This document shows positions 52,250 through 62,358 of a stretch of 64,000 nucleotides of DNA, piece after piece. Source of the DNA: Chamaesiphon sp. (lineage in GTDB: Bacteria > Cyanobacteriota > Cyanobacteriia > Cyanobacteriales > Chamaesiphonaceae); contig CBDFFH010000041.1 of assembly GCA_965246715.1 (NCBI GenBank), positions 72,642 to 136,641 on the forward strand, read 5' to 3'. The notes under the pieces are model-generated. The model worked only from the letters and a program-made list of their open reading frames with translations. It was not told the DNA's origin and ran no database searches. Every line of letters begins with the position of its first letter. The stretch's first letter is position 1. The position numbers and the translations under genes were made by a program.

Positions 52250-54133
52250 ATGGAACGAGCGCTACATCAAAATGAAGATTACCAAAATCGAGCGATTACC
52301 GCGTTACAAATCGGCACTTTTGACTGTGACTTAGTTACCCAAACAGTTGTTTGGAACGACGCGCAGATGTCATTACTAGGTTATGCACCGGGTGAAGTCG
52401 AGTGTTTTCAGGTAGATTGGGCAGGTCGCGTGCATCATCGCGATCTAGCTGGTGTAAATGCGGCAATCGATCGAGCGATGGTTGAGGGTAACGAATACTC
52501 AGTTGAGTATCGCACGATCGGCGCAGATGCCAGTCTGCGTTGGCTCCGAGAAGTCGGCAGATTTGATTACGATCTCGATGGGCGACCGATCCGGCTGACT
52601 GGGATAACGCAGGATATTACTAGCTACAAGCAAACCGAGATCGCACTCAAAGAAAGCGAACAGCGGATGATTTTGGCGCTTGATGGCGCGCGGATGGGTC
52701 TATTTGACTGGAACCTCGCGACCCAAGAAGTTACCTGGAATGCCTACCATGCGATCCTGCTCGGATACGCACCGGGAACCGCAGCTTCTTATCAAAATTG
52801 GGAGCGGCGAGTGCATCCAGCAGATTTGGATCGAGTCAACGCGGCGATCGATGTGGCGATGAAAACGCGCACAGACTACGCTTCAGAATACCGCGTCGTT
52901 TGGGAAGATGGTAGTATCCATTGGATTCAAGGATTCGGTCGCTTTTACTACGATGATGAGGGCACGCCGATCCGGATGAGTGGTGTCATCTCCGATCTTA
53001 CCGATCGCATTCAGTCAACATTAGCGCTGCGGGAGAGTGAATCGCGATTTCGGAGTACCTTCGAGCAAGCAGCAGTTGGGATCGCCCATGTGGATTTAGC
53101 TGGTCGCTGGCTGTTAGTCAATCACAAGCTGTGTGAAATATTAGGGTACACAGCCACAGAATTATCCGAGCTGAGTTTCCAAGATATTACATACGTTGAA
53201 GATCTCGCCACAGATTTGGAGTATGTCCGTCAGCTGATCGCTGGTGAGATCGACACTTACACGATGGAAAAACGCTATATTAGCAAATCGGGTCGGCTCG
53301 TCTGGGCAAATCTGACAGTGTCATTGCGCCGAGACGCTACTGGTACGCCACTACATTTTATTTCGGTAATCGAGCAAATCGACGATCGCAAACAAGCAGA
53401 ATTTGACCTCCAAGCCCAAACTACCGAACTTGCCAAAATAAATAACTTGATGATGTCGAAAAATCAAGAACTAGATCGGTTTGCCCACGTTATCTCTCAC
53501 GATCTCAAAGCACCCTTACGCGCGATTACCAATCTGTCGCAATGGATCGAAGAAGATCTCACTGGGGAATTAAACCCTGCGAGTCAACAGCATCTCGAAT
53601 TGATGCGATCGCGTGTATATCGGATGGATGCAATGATTGATGGCATCCTCGAATATAGCCGGATTGGTAGGACTAAAATCGATTTAGAAACCTTTAGTGT
53701 CGATCGGTTGCTGGCAGAGATCGTCAGTTCGTTAAACATTCCCCCCAGTTTTACGATCCTCGTTCCGACCCAACTTCTGCCGATCTTCACCAATCGCGTC
53801 ATGCTAGAGCGAGTCTTGACCAACTTAATTGCTAATGCTTACAAACATCACGATCTTCCCGACGGCACGATTCGAGTCACCGCAACACCCCAAGCCGATC
53901 GATGGGAATTTACCATTACCGATGATGGCCCAGGCATTGCCCCAGAACATCACGATCGGGTATTTGAAATCTTTCAAACGTTGGCTGGTTTTAATAAAGA
54001 TAATACTGGAATCGGGCTATCGATCGTCAAGAAGATCGTCGAAAGTCAAGGCGGTAGCATCTCGATCGTCTCTCCAGTAACAGAGCGCGGCACGACTTTT
54101 CGGTTTGACTGGATGCTAGCACCAACCCAGTAA
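52250..54133 (+). CDS. Soluble sensor histidine kinase with three PAS domains
   Basis: Repeated W..RVH..D PAS units; SHDLKAPLR; DDGPGI; GIGLSIV. Confidence 0.92.
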   Translation: MERALHQNEDYQNRAITALQIGTFDCDLVTQTVVWNDAQMSLLGYAPGEVECFQVDWAGRVHHRDLAGVNAAIDRAMVEGNEYSVEYRTIGADASLRWLREVGRFDYDLDGRPIRLTGITQDITSYKQTEIALKESEQRMILALDGARMGLFDWNLATQEVTWNAYHAILLGYAPGTAASYQNWERRVHPADLDRVNAAIDVAMKTRTDYASEYRVVWEDGSIHWIQGFGRFYYDDEGTPIRMSGVISDLTDRIQSTLALRESESRFRSTFEQAAVGIAHVDLAGRWLLVNHKLCEILGYTATELSELSFQDITYVEDLATDLEYVRQLIAGEIDTYTMEKRYISKSGRLVWANLTVSLRRDATGTPLHFISVIEQIDDRKQAEFDLQAQTTELAKINNLMMSKNQELDRFAHVISHDLKAPLRAITNLSQWIEEDLTGELNPASQQHLELMRSRVYRMDAMIDGILEYSRIGRTKIDLETFSVDRLLAEIVSSLNIPPSFTILVPTQLLPIFTNRVMLERVLTNLIANAYKHHDLPDGTIRVTATPQADRWEFTITDDGPGIAPEHHDRVFEIFQTLAGFNKDNTGIGLSIVKKIVESQGGSISIVSPVTERGTTFRFDWMLAPTQ

Positions 54134-54227
54134 TAGCCATAAGATCGGGCGGATAGGATGGATGTGCGATCGCGTTAACTCACATCTTGTACCAGTACGA
54201 AAACATTAGTAATTAACGTATATCTTC

Positions 54228-54288
54228 AGGATACCCACAAGGGGCACCCCTACAGATAGATTGTAGGGGTGCCCCTTGTGGGTATCCT
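54228..54288. repeat. REP-type perfect inverted repeat (27-bp arms, 7-nt loop)
   Basis: aggatacccacaaggggcacccctaca / tgtaggggtgccccttgtgggtatcct. Confidence 0.88.
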
Positions 54289-54334
54289 CGGGTCGCCGCA
54301 GCAATAGTATCTATGCATTGGTGCTCTACGAGCT

Positions 54335-55435
54335 TTACTGGAGACTGCTAGGAACGGGTAACGGGCAATCGATCGCCTTTTTACCAGACCAATCTGTCAA
54401 GGTATTCTCATCTTTATAATGCCGAGGGGTATTTAACATTAATTGCCAAGCTGCACTTGCATCCAATAAATTAAATCGATCGGGATAATGTGTTTGCAAT
54501 AACTCACGTACCATCGGACAGTAATCCGAGTTTATTTCGGGGAAAATATGATGCTCGGTATGATACGAAAAATTGAGATGCAGTAGATCGAAGATTTTTG
54601 GCATCCGTAACGAAACACTATTAATTAGTGGATCGTTAATACTTGTCATCGGACATAGCAAGTGATTGGTATAAATATAAAACATGGCCATACTATAGCC
54701 AATCCAAATCGGCAAAAAATACCCGAGTAGTAAGTTAATCGGATGAAATCCTAAACAAGCGCAAATACTCAGATGAATCCCAATGACGATCGCTAGTTCG
54801 ATCGCGATCGACCGTCGCTCTTTGGCACTCACCTTAAATGCAACTACCGGAATATCAACCAAACCATCGTTAAAGATCAGTACCGAGATGATATTACGGA
54901 AGTTATGAATGCCCCAGGCACTAGTCATGCCAATCTGGAACCAGAATGGATTTACTTCAGCAGAGGGTGCGAACAGATTGTGAATCCATTTGCCCCAGCT
55001 ATCGGGTTGTGTTTGCAGATAATTACGATCTGGATCTGTTAAAGAATTAGTCTTACGATGGTGCTCGCGATGATGAATTACTTTCCACAATGTGGGAGTC
55101 ATCCAAGCCATCGACCAACCTAATAGGCTCACAAGCTGGCGAAGCCAAGGTCTTTTAATCGTGCCACTATGCAGTACTTCATGAGTACTAAAAATCAGCA
55201 CTGTGATGCTGTTACCCATTGCTACAGCCAGTGGTAGATAGAGTGGCAATAAATACCAGTCCCAGCGATCGAGCTGAGCGGCGATCGCCCAGCCTAATAT
55301 TAAAATTGAGACGTTAACTAATAAAATTACAACCTTACTCTTATCTGGTAAGAATGCTGCTTGTGGGAGTAGCGGACGGAGCTTTTTGGCATACTCTGCC
55401 TGAGAAATCCAGGTCTGTCGATCGATAGTATGCAT
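54335..55435 (-). CDS. Membrane fatty acid desaturase family protein
   Basis: His boxes HEVLH, HHREHH, HTEHH. Confidence 0.9.
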   Translation of the reverse strand: MHTIDRQTWISQAEYAKKLRPLLPQAAFLPDKSKVVILLVNVSILILGWAIAAQLDRWDWYLLPLYLPLAVAMGNSITVLIFSTHEVLHSGTIKRPWLRQLVSLLGWSMAWMTPTLWKVIHHREHHRKTNSLTDPDRNYLQTQPDSWGKWIHNLFAPSAEVNPFWFQIGMTSAWGIHNFRNIISVLIFNDGLVDIPVVAFKVSAKERRSIAIELAIVIGIHLSICACLGFHPINLLLGYFLPIWIGYSMAMFYIYTNHLLCPMTSINDPLINSVSLRMPKIFDLLHLNFSYHTEHHIFPEINSDYCPMVRELLQTHYPDRFNLLDASAAWQLMLNTPRHYKDENTLTDWSGKKAIDCPLPVPSSLQ

Positions 55436-55991
55436 GGATGATGGTCAGCTCAGTGTAGTAATATTGAAATTATCGATCGCTGCATTAGTTATGAAGTGAT
55501 TTGTAAGAATGCAGTAGTTTATTTAGCTGTGACATTTTAACAAAATATTCAATCGCTTGTTGTAACGCAAAGAGTTACTAAGATGTGCTGCCGTAGTCGC
55601 TCTAATGCTAGCTAAATGAGGCCGCAGCATCAGTTATTGGCTAGAGCTAGTCTTGCTGATGCCGCGAGCTATGCTCGAACTGCGACCAAACTTTCGACTT
55701 CTCAGACCTTACAAAACAGTCACACTCTTTAATTAATAAAAAGAGCTAGATTATTTTTAGTACTGCCACCGATCGTAACAATGATTCGATCGTAAATATC
55801 TCTCTCTGATGGGAGATATTTGTCAAAAACTCTAACTGAAGATTGAAGTTACAAATTCGACGTTTGAACTACTTAAATTTTCAAATTAGAAACGCCGATT
55901 AGTTGTTGCGAAGTTAGCGATTATTGGATAGTGAAAATTTGCTAAGATATCGATCTCCTAGCACTCCAGCCGCGATTGTTATCATCAAACT

Positions 55992-57014
55992 ATGAAATCA
56001 TCCACTCGATCGACCAGCACAGAGCCAAGATCGTGCATCATTATTGGGGGTGGGATGGCTGGGTTGATTGCTGGTACTGTGCTTCAGCGTCAAGGCATCG
56101 ATGTAACTGTATTAGACAAAGGGCGCGGGATTGGCGGACGGTTAGCCACCCGTCGCATCGTTCATCCCAGCTACGGGGAGGGTGTGTTTGACTATGGAAT
56201 GCAGTTGTTTGCGGTTAGCGATCCGAGCTTTCAACAGTGGGTTGACGAATGGCTGCAACAGGGAGTAATCGATCGCTGGTTCGATGTGGCAACCGGAACA
56301 CCAGGCTATCGCGGGACGAAAAGTAGTCGGAGTATCGCTCAACATTTAGCCAAAGATCTAGATGTCCGGACTCAAACAGCTGTGGTAGAGCTAGCTTGGG
56401 AATCCTCAGCTTGGCTGGTGCGGGCAGAAAATGGCGATCGATTCCAAGGCGATAATTTACTAATTACCGCTCCCGTCCCGCAAACTCTAGCATTGCTTGA
56501 CAATTCGGCGATCGATCTCCCCTTAGAAATCAGGCATCGCTTAGAAACAGTAGTCTATCAGCCTTGTCTTACGCTCCTGGCACTATTAGATAAACCCAGC
56601 GCCATCCCCGCCCCAGGTGGATTGCGACTGGACGATCCGGTATTAGCTTGGATCGCTTGCAATCAGCAAAAAGGTACTTCGCCACAAGCTGCTGCTGTCA
56701 CCATCCAAGCGACCCCTGAATTCAGCCACACTCACTGGGAGATGGACAAAGCAGAGATCGCGGCTACTTTAATCGATCGAGCATCCCAATGGTTGGGTGC
56801 GAACGTTGTCGAATCCCAAGTGCATCGCTGGCTCTATAGTCAACCGCAAACATGCTACGGCGATGTCTTTTTAGCTTTACAACAGCCAGGACTATTTGCG
56901 ATCGCTGGAGATGCTTTTTCGGCAACAGACATCGCCGAGTCAGCTCTACAGCTAGAACGTGCAGCTAGATCGGGCATCGCGGCAGCAAATTATCTATTGA
57001 AGATGAGTAATTAG
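55992..57014 (+). CDS. Renalase-like FAD/NAD(P) oxidoreductase
   Basis: IGGGMAGL, DKGRGIGGRLATRR, HRWLYSQP. Confidence 0.88.
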   Translation: MKSSTRSTSTEPRSCIIIGGGMAGLIAGTVLQRQGIDVTVLDKGRGIGGRLATRRIVHPSYGEGVFDYGMQLFAVSDPSFQQWVDEWLQQGVIDRWFDVATGTPGYRGTKSSRSIAQHLAKDLDVRTQTAVVELAWESSAWLVRAENGDRFQGDNLLITAPVPQTLALLDNSAIDLPLEIRHRLETVVYQPCLTLLALLDKPSAIPAPGGLRLDDPVLAWIACNQQKGTSPQAAAVTIQATPEFSHTHWEMDKAEIAATLIDRASQWLGANVVESQVHRWLYSQPQTCYGDVFLALQQPGLFAIAGDAFSATDIAESALQLERAARSGIAAANYLLKMSN

Positions 57015-57062
57015 TGTGCTGCATCATCTGAGTGATAAGAACTAAATAACTTGCAATTCCTC

Positions 57063-57100
57063 CTGTAGTAGGGGCAATTAATGAATTGCCCCTACTACAG
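57063..57100. repeat. Intact GTAG-REP palindrome (empty IS110 target)
   Basis: ctgtagtaggggcaatt-aatg-aattgcccctactacag, 17-bp perfect arms. Confidence 0.88.
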
Positions 57101-57145
57101 ATTGGGTGAGAGTAGATCTGCATATTCTTAAATCCTCATTCCCTA

Positions 57146-57220
57146 ACGTCAGTTCGGGATAAATATTCCTGCTCGATGACTCCTGGCTTCGTTTCTACAC
57201 CGCCCTCAAATGAATTTGCG
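57146..57220. mobile_element. Truncated IS982-type MITE, copy C
   Basis: acgtcagttcgggataa...atgactcctggcttcgtttc..accgccctcaaatgaatt matches copies A and B. Confidence 0.75.
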
Positions 57221-57355
57221 GATGCAATCGTTTCCTGAGTGCGAATTGTCTGCTCGCCAGGAGCGGTCGATCTAACACAATTCTTGAGAAAAGTTTCATC
57301 ATCACTACAAATTCAAGTAACGATGATAGAATTTATACAAATATTGCCTGTAACC

Positions 57356-57592
57356 ATGAAAAATTTATTATCGTCTCGGTTATCGATCGCACTCGGAGTT
57401 ACACTCGGAGCGTTGCTAGCATTAGATTTATGCTCCTTCACAACTCTGGCTGAAGCTGGTTGTCGTCCCACTGGGCGTTACCTCAAAGGCACTCCAGTTT
57501 TAAGCTGTTCCGGACGCACCAGATGCCGTCCGACTGGAAGATTTAAGTACAGTAATGGTCGACGTTACGAGATTTTACGCTGTCCTGGCTAA
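57356..57592 (+). CDS. Small secreted cationic Cys-containing peptide with internal repeat
   Basis: Signal peptide ending AEA; two CRPTGR..C units; terminator follows. Confidence 0.7.
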   Translation: MKNLLSSRLSIALGVTLGALLALDLCSFTTLAEAGCRPTGRYLKGTPVLSCSGRTRCRPTGRFKYSNGRRYEILRCPG

Positions 57593-57593
57593 A

Positions 57594-57636
57594 CCAAAGA
57601 TGGTGTTCCTCACGTGGGTGGAGAACACCATCTTGG
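57594..57636 (+). terminator. Hairpin after the peptide gene
   Basis: agatggtgttc / gaacaccatct arms. Confidence 0.65.
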
Positions 57637-57704
57637 GGAGCGCGATCCCTCGGCATTTACTTACTCCGTGCTGTTTATTATCACCAGGAATTGGGGAATG
57701 CTAA

Positions 57705-58022
57705 ATGCAAAGCAATCTCATGAGATTCACTCAAGTAGTGGTTAGCACACCTTTTAACATCATGATCGAATCACCCAAAACAGCCTCAGAAGTATCTGTC
57801 GAGCCTTCGATCGCATCACCTAGCGACGAAACCGACGACGAAAGCGAACTCCAATCTGGCTTTCGGCCCTCGAAAACATTTTTATTAGCCATATTTATCC
57901 TGACACTAACGCTCGGTGTCGCGGGTTATGCAGGCTTCACATTGTGGAGTCTGAGCGACCATTCAGTAAGTTCTGAAGAGCAAACTACCACACCGGAAGA
58001 AGGATCGCTAACGCTCCCGTAA
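57705..58022 (+). CDS. Hypothetical single-pass membrane protein
   Basis: Acidic N-terminus, one hydrophobic helix; start uncertain. Confidence 0.55.
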   Translation: MQSNLMRFTQVVVSTPFNIMIESPKTASEVSVEPSIASPSDETDDESELQSGFRPSKTFLLAIFILTLTLGVAGYAGFTLWSLSDHSVSSEEQTTTPEEGSLTLP

Positions 58023-58154
58023 TCCGATCGAGTGTCGACGCTCATTCGGAGCGATCTGGAGCGCACGCGAGGATCGATCGCGCCATTACCCTACTACCCC
58101 CTTGTCGATCCGTCGGGTACAATAGAAGCGGACAGGACTGTATTAGGAGTAAAT

Positions 58155-58391
58155 ATGATTCAACGTCGTTCGCATTCTCATTTTGACTCGATCCAAATTG
58201 CTTATCGAGCCGAGGAACTGATTGGCGCAGCTTCTAATCGCTATAAAATCACCGTCCAAGTAGCTAACCGCGCGAAAAAACGCCATCGTTACGAAGCAGA
58301 TAATATCGACGATCCCACGATCAAACCGGTGATGCGTGCCATTATCGAAATGTCTGACGAACTCACGCAACCAGAAATTTTAGGAGATTAA
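58155..58391 (+). CDS. rpoZ: RNA polymerase omega subunit
   Basis: [43 protein letters not shown]. Confidence 0.93.
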   Translation: MIQRRSHSHFDSIQIAYRAEELIGAASNRYKITVQVANRAKKRHRYEADNIDDPTIKPVMRAIIEMSDELTQPEILGD

Positions 58392-58454
58392 CTCCAAGCA
58401 AGGGTACCCACACTTCGACTGCGCTCAGTGCAAGCAAGCGGTACCCCGATTTTT

Positions 58455-58817
58455 ATGGAAAAAGTGCTTAAATCCGGTGCTGGCTGGCGCATCGGTTGGA
58501 ATCGGGCAAATATAAATCCAGGCTTAGTCGGTAGTGATGATTGGGCATTCGAGCTGACTGCTGCCGAATTAGCAGATTTCGAGCGCCTACTGAAGCAATT
58601 AGTCGATAGTATGCGATCGATCCAAGCAGAATTAATGGATGATGAGAAAATCGCCTGCGAAGCCGAAAGCGATCTCATCTGGATGCAAGTTGAAGGGACG
58701 GCTAGCGAGTACAGCCTCCGATTGATTTTAAATACCGGGCGGAGTTGCGAGGGCAATTGGTCTGCTGAAGCAGTGCCTCATTTAATTGCGGCTACTAACA
58801 GCCTAAAGTTTTTTTGA
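58455..58817 (+). CDS. DUF1818 family protein
   Basis: KSGAGWRIGW..LVGSDDWAFELT..GRSCEGNW. Confidence 0.85.
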   Translation: MEKVLKSGAGWRIGWNRANINPGLVGSDDWAFELTAAELADFERLLKQLVDSMRSIQAELMDDEKIACEAESDLIWMQVEGTASEYSLRLILNTGRSCEGNWSAEAVPHLIAATNSLKFF

Positions 58818-58954
58818 GCTAGATTTTTGGTACAGAATTCAAATTGAGTAATCCTCATAGTACAATCTAATTTGACCGAGCAGAATTAGCTGAAATAACC
58901 AATCTAAAATCCTGTCTTGACTCGCTAAATCCAAAATAAACCAGGAGTCGATCG

Positions 58955-60439
58955 ATGCCAGCAATTAATGGGGTAATGATGCAATATTTTCATTGGTATC
59001 TGCCTCCAGGTGGACTGCTATGGAATCAATTGGCAACAGCCGCACCAGAGTTAGCCTCAGCTGGATTTACCGCACTGTGGTTGCCACCTGCATATAAAGG
59101 CACTGGTGGCGGTTATGATGTCGGCTATGGGGTATATGACTTGTTCGATCTGGGTGAATTCGACCAAAAAGGCTCGATTGCAACTAAGTATGGTACCAAA
59201 GATGAGTACGTCCGCGCGATCGACAGTGCCCATGCTGCGGGAATTCAAATCTATGCTGATGTGGTCTTAAACCATAAATTGGGTGCCGATGCCACCGAGG
59301 AATTTGAGGCAACTCCGCTCGATCCAAATAATCGGTTTCAACCGATCGATAACTACCAAAGAATTGAAGGGTGGACGCATTTTACCTTCCCAGGGCGTAA
59401 AGGTAAATATTCGACAATGGAATGGCATTGGTGGCACTTCGACGCGATCGATTATAACGTTGACAATCAAAACCAAAAAGCCATTTATCTAATTAAAGAT
59501 AAGACATTCGATCGCAATGTCGATATCGAAAAAGGTAATTTTGACTACCTGATGGGTTGCGATCTGGACATGGATCATCCCGAAGTATTAGGCGAACTCA
59601 AATATTGGGGTAATTGGTATCTAGACACCACTAAATTTGATGGTATCCGCCTAGATGCAGTCAAACATATCGATGCGAGATTTTTCTATAACTGGCTCAA
59701 AGATCTCAATAGCTACGCCAAAAAAGATCTCTTCACCGTTGGCGAATATTGGTCTTACGAACTCGACGCGCTCGAATATTTCATCACCGAAACCGAAGGT
59801 AAGATTCACCTCTTCGATGCGCCGCTACACAATAATTTCCACATTGCCAGTACTAAAGGCGAAAGTTACGATCTCCGCCAGATCTTCGACAATACCCTCG
59901 TCCGCCATCAGCCCACCCTCGCCGTCACCTTCATCGAAAACCACGACTCCCAACCGCTCCAATCCCTCGAATCCGTCGTCGAAAACTGGTTCAAGCCGCT
60001 GGCATATGCCTTAATCTTACTGCGCGAAGCTGGTTATCCCTGCGTGTTCTACGGCGACTATTATGGTGCAAAATATAAAGATCGCGGGCGTGATGGGAAC
60101 GAATATGAGATCGTGTTAGAGTCGCATCGGGTTATACTCGATCGATTGCTCCAAGCTCGGCGCGAATATGCTTACGGCAAGCAGTACGATTATTTCGACC
60201 ATCCAAATACGATCGGGTGGACGCGCCTGGGTACGCCCGAACATCCTGCGAGTATGGCGGTGGTAATGGGTAATGGCGATGCGGGGACAAAATGGATGGA
60301 AACTGCTAAACCCGATACTACCTATATCGATATCACTAAAGCGATCTCCATCCCAGTTATCACCAATAAAGATGGATGGGGTGATTTTTGTTGTAACGGT
60401 GGATCTGTCTCAGTTTGGGTGCCAAAGGCTGGCGAATAA
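58955..60439 (+). CDS. amyA: GH13 alpha-amylase
   Basis: NGVMMQYFHWY, DVVLNH, GIRLDAVKH, GEYW, FIENHD. Confidence 0.93.
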   Translation: MPAINGVMMQYFHWYLPPGGLLWNQLATAAPELASAGFTALWLPPAYKGTGGGYDVGYGVYDLFDLGEFDQKGSIATKYGTKDEYVRAIDSAHAAGIQIYADVVLNHKLGADATEEFEATPLDPNNRFQPIDNYQRIEGWTHFTFPGRKGKYSTMEWHWWHFDAIDYNVDNQNQKAIYLIKDKTFDRNVDIEKGNFDYLMGCDLDMDHPEVLGELKYWGNWYLDTTKFDGIRLDAVKHIDARFFYNWLKDLNSYAKKDLFTVGEYWSYELDALEYFITETEGKIHLFDAPLHNNFHIASTKGESYDLRQIFDNTLVRHQPTLAVTFIENHDSQPLQSLESVVENWFKPLAYALILLREAGYPCVFYGDYYGAKYKDRGRDGNEYEIVLESHRVILDRLLQARREYAYGKQYDYFDHPNTIGWTRLGTPEHPASMAVVMGNGDAGTKWMETAKPDTTYIDITKAISIPVITNKDGWGDFCCNGGSVSVWVPKAGE

Positions 60440-60595
60440 ATTCGCGCCTAGATAATCGAAACCCGCCTTCGCACTACTAGCACCGATTTGCGGTGCGCGC
60501 TCGTCGGGTTTCCCGACGTAAAAAGCGCAACAAGACACAATCGAGTGCGGTGCTAGTGCGGAGCCAATATCCTTAAACCAAACTGACGTTAGGTA

Positions 60596-60832
60596 ACGTG
60601 AGTTCGGGTTAAAGATGTCCACTTAATGACTCCTAGCTTCGTTTCTGAACCGCCCTCAAATGAATTAGTTGCTCATAGCAAAAGTTCTCTTCAGAGAACT
60701 GCCCAATTGATTAGTTCGTTTCAACGAACTTTTGCTATTAGCCCGTTGGCGTAGCCTTTCGGAACGAAACACTTATAGTTCAGGGCGGTGCTTGAACGGA
60801 GCAGATCGATTTTCCTTATCCCGAACTCACGT
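60596..60832. mobile_element. IS982-type MITE, copy B
   Basis: Same terminal repeats as copy A; 6-bp duplication TAGGTA; a further end (ccttaaaccaaactgacgt, 60571-60589) abuts it. Confidence 0.85.
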
Positions 60833-61416
60833 TAGGTAAATAACCTTAAAAAAAATGGTAAGCGATCGTATTCTTCTTTTGCTGTTTTTGCTGCAATCAT
60901 CTGCTGCTCGGCACGATTTACCGATGATTCGATCCACTCCCAAATAGATCGATAATATAACTCGATCGTACCAAGCCATTCCTCGATACTATCATTGGAG
61001 TAAGCCATATCGATAAAATAAACAGGCGAATCTAGGGCATTACTATTAATTTCAATAAATCCCATCTCACCACCACCATATGGAGCGTGCATTCCAGAAA
61101 TAAAGAAAACATTTTTTAATCGCTCGATTGGTTCTCCAGAATCATCTAGGAGATATTTATCATCTCTCATCCAATTAGTAAGCTCGACAGCTCGACGAAC
61201 ATCATAATCATATTCACGATCGCCAAGCCATTTACCCGCTCCATAGCCTAATAATCGCACGATCTGTTGATAAGCTAGTGGTAATTGTCCATATTTATTA
61301 TTAAGCCACTCTATTTCTTTCTGACTACAACCTAATAACTCATCTTCTCGTGCCAGTCTGCGCCTAATTATTTCTGACTTTAATAGTTCGATATTAGTAA
61401 TCATTGAGAAATACAT
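60832..61416 (-). CDS. SMI1/KNR4 (SUKH) family protein
   Basis: GCSQKEIEWL...LPLAYQQIVRLLGYGAG; DSPVYF. Confidence 0.75.
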   Translation of the reverse strand: MYFSMITNIELLKSEIIRRRLAREDELLGCSQKEIEWLNNKYGQLPLAYQQIVRLLGYGAGKWLGDREYDYDVRRAVELTNWMRDDKYLLDDSGEPIERLKNVFFISGMHAPYGGGEMGFIEINSNALDSPVYFIDMAYSNDSIEEWLGTIELYYRSIWEWIESSVNRAEQQMIAAKTAKEEYDRLPFFLRLFT

Positions 61417-61503
61417 ACAAAAAACTTTCCGCCTTTAGATCTTCCCTTCTTTCAGGTCAGAGACAATCCAAAATCCAAAATCCAATTAGACATTTTATCC
61501 AAT

Positions 61504-62271
61504 TCAGATTCTAACTGGTACTTGTTTCTGATGTAGATACTTTTTAATTTCAGCGACAGTCAGCTCGCCATAGTGCAGTAAAGAAGCTAATAATGCCGCC
61601 TCAGCATGTCCTTCGGTGACGGCTTGATAGATGTGTTCGCAGTTACCAGCACCGCCAGAAGCAATCACGGGAATTTGGACTGAAGTAGCGATCGATCGCG
61701 TTAGATCCAGGTCATATCCGGCCTTCGTGCCATCCGAATCCATACTGGTGATAAGTAACTCCCCCGCACCTCTTTTAGTGACTTCCTGCGCCCACAAAAC
61801 CGCATCTAGGCCAGTATTTTCGCGCCCACCTTTGACATAGACATCCCAGCCAGGATTACTTAGATCCTGACGGCGTTTGGCATCGATCGCGACTACAATA
61901 CACTGATTGCCAAATCGATCGCTAGCATCATTAATTAAATTTGGATTGCGTACCGCAGCGGAATTGAGGCTGACTTTATCCGCACCCGCACGTAACAAGC
62001 TTTTGATATTTGCTAATGATTGAATCCCGCCGCCAACGGTGAGGGGGATAAATACTTTTTCGGCGGTGCGATAAACGACATCAATAATCGTATCGCGATC
62101 TTCATGACTGGCAGTGATGTCTAGAAATACCAATTCGTCTGCGCCAGCATCGTTATAAATTTGAGCTAATTCTACCGGATCTCCGGCATCTTTTAGCTCC
62201 ACAAAGTTGATGCCTTTTACTACTCGTCCGGCCTTGACATCTAGGCAGGGTAAGATTCTTTTTGCTAGCAT
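61504..62271 (-). CDS. hisF: Imidazole glycerol phosphate synthase cyclase subunit
   Basis: [32 protein letters not shown]. Confidence 0.97.
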   Translation of the reverse strand: MLAKRILPCLDVKAGRVVKGINFVELKDAGDPVELAQIYNDAGADELVFLDITASHEDRDTIIDVVYRTAEKVFIPLTVGGGIQSLANIKSLLRAGADKVSLNSAAVRNPNLINDASDRFGNQCIVVAIDAKRRQDLSNPGWDVYVKGGRENTGLDAVLWAQEVTKRGAGELLITSMDSDGTKAGYDLDLTRSIATSVQIPVIASGGAGNCEHIYQAVTEGHAEAALLASLLHYGELTVAEIKKYLHQKQVPVRI

Positions 62272-62358
62272 GATTTATTTTTTAACATCAGATTCTATTT
62301 ATAGTCAAAATTCAAACTTGTAGGTAGTGCTTGATATGTTCATTGGTGACTTATTATC

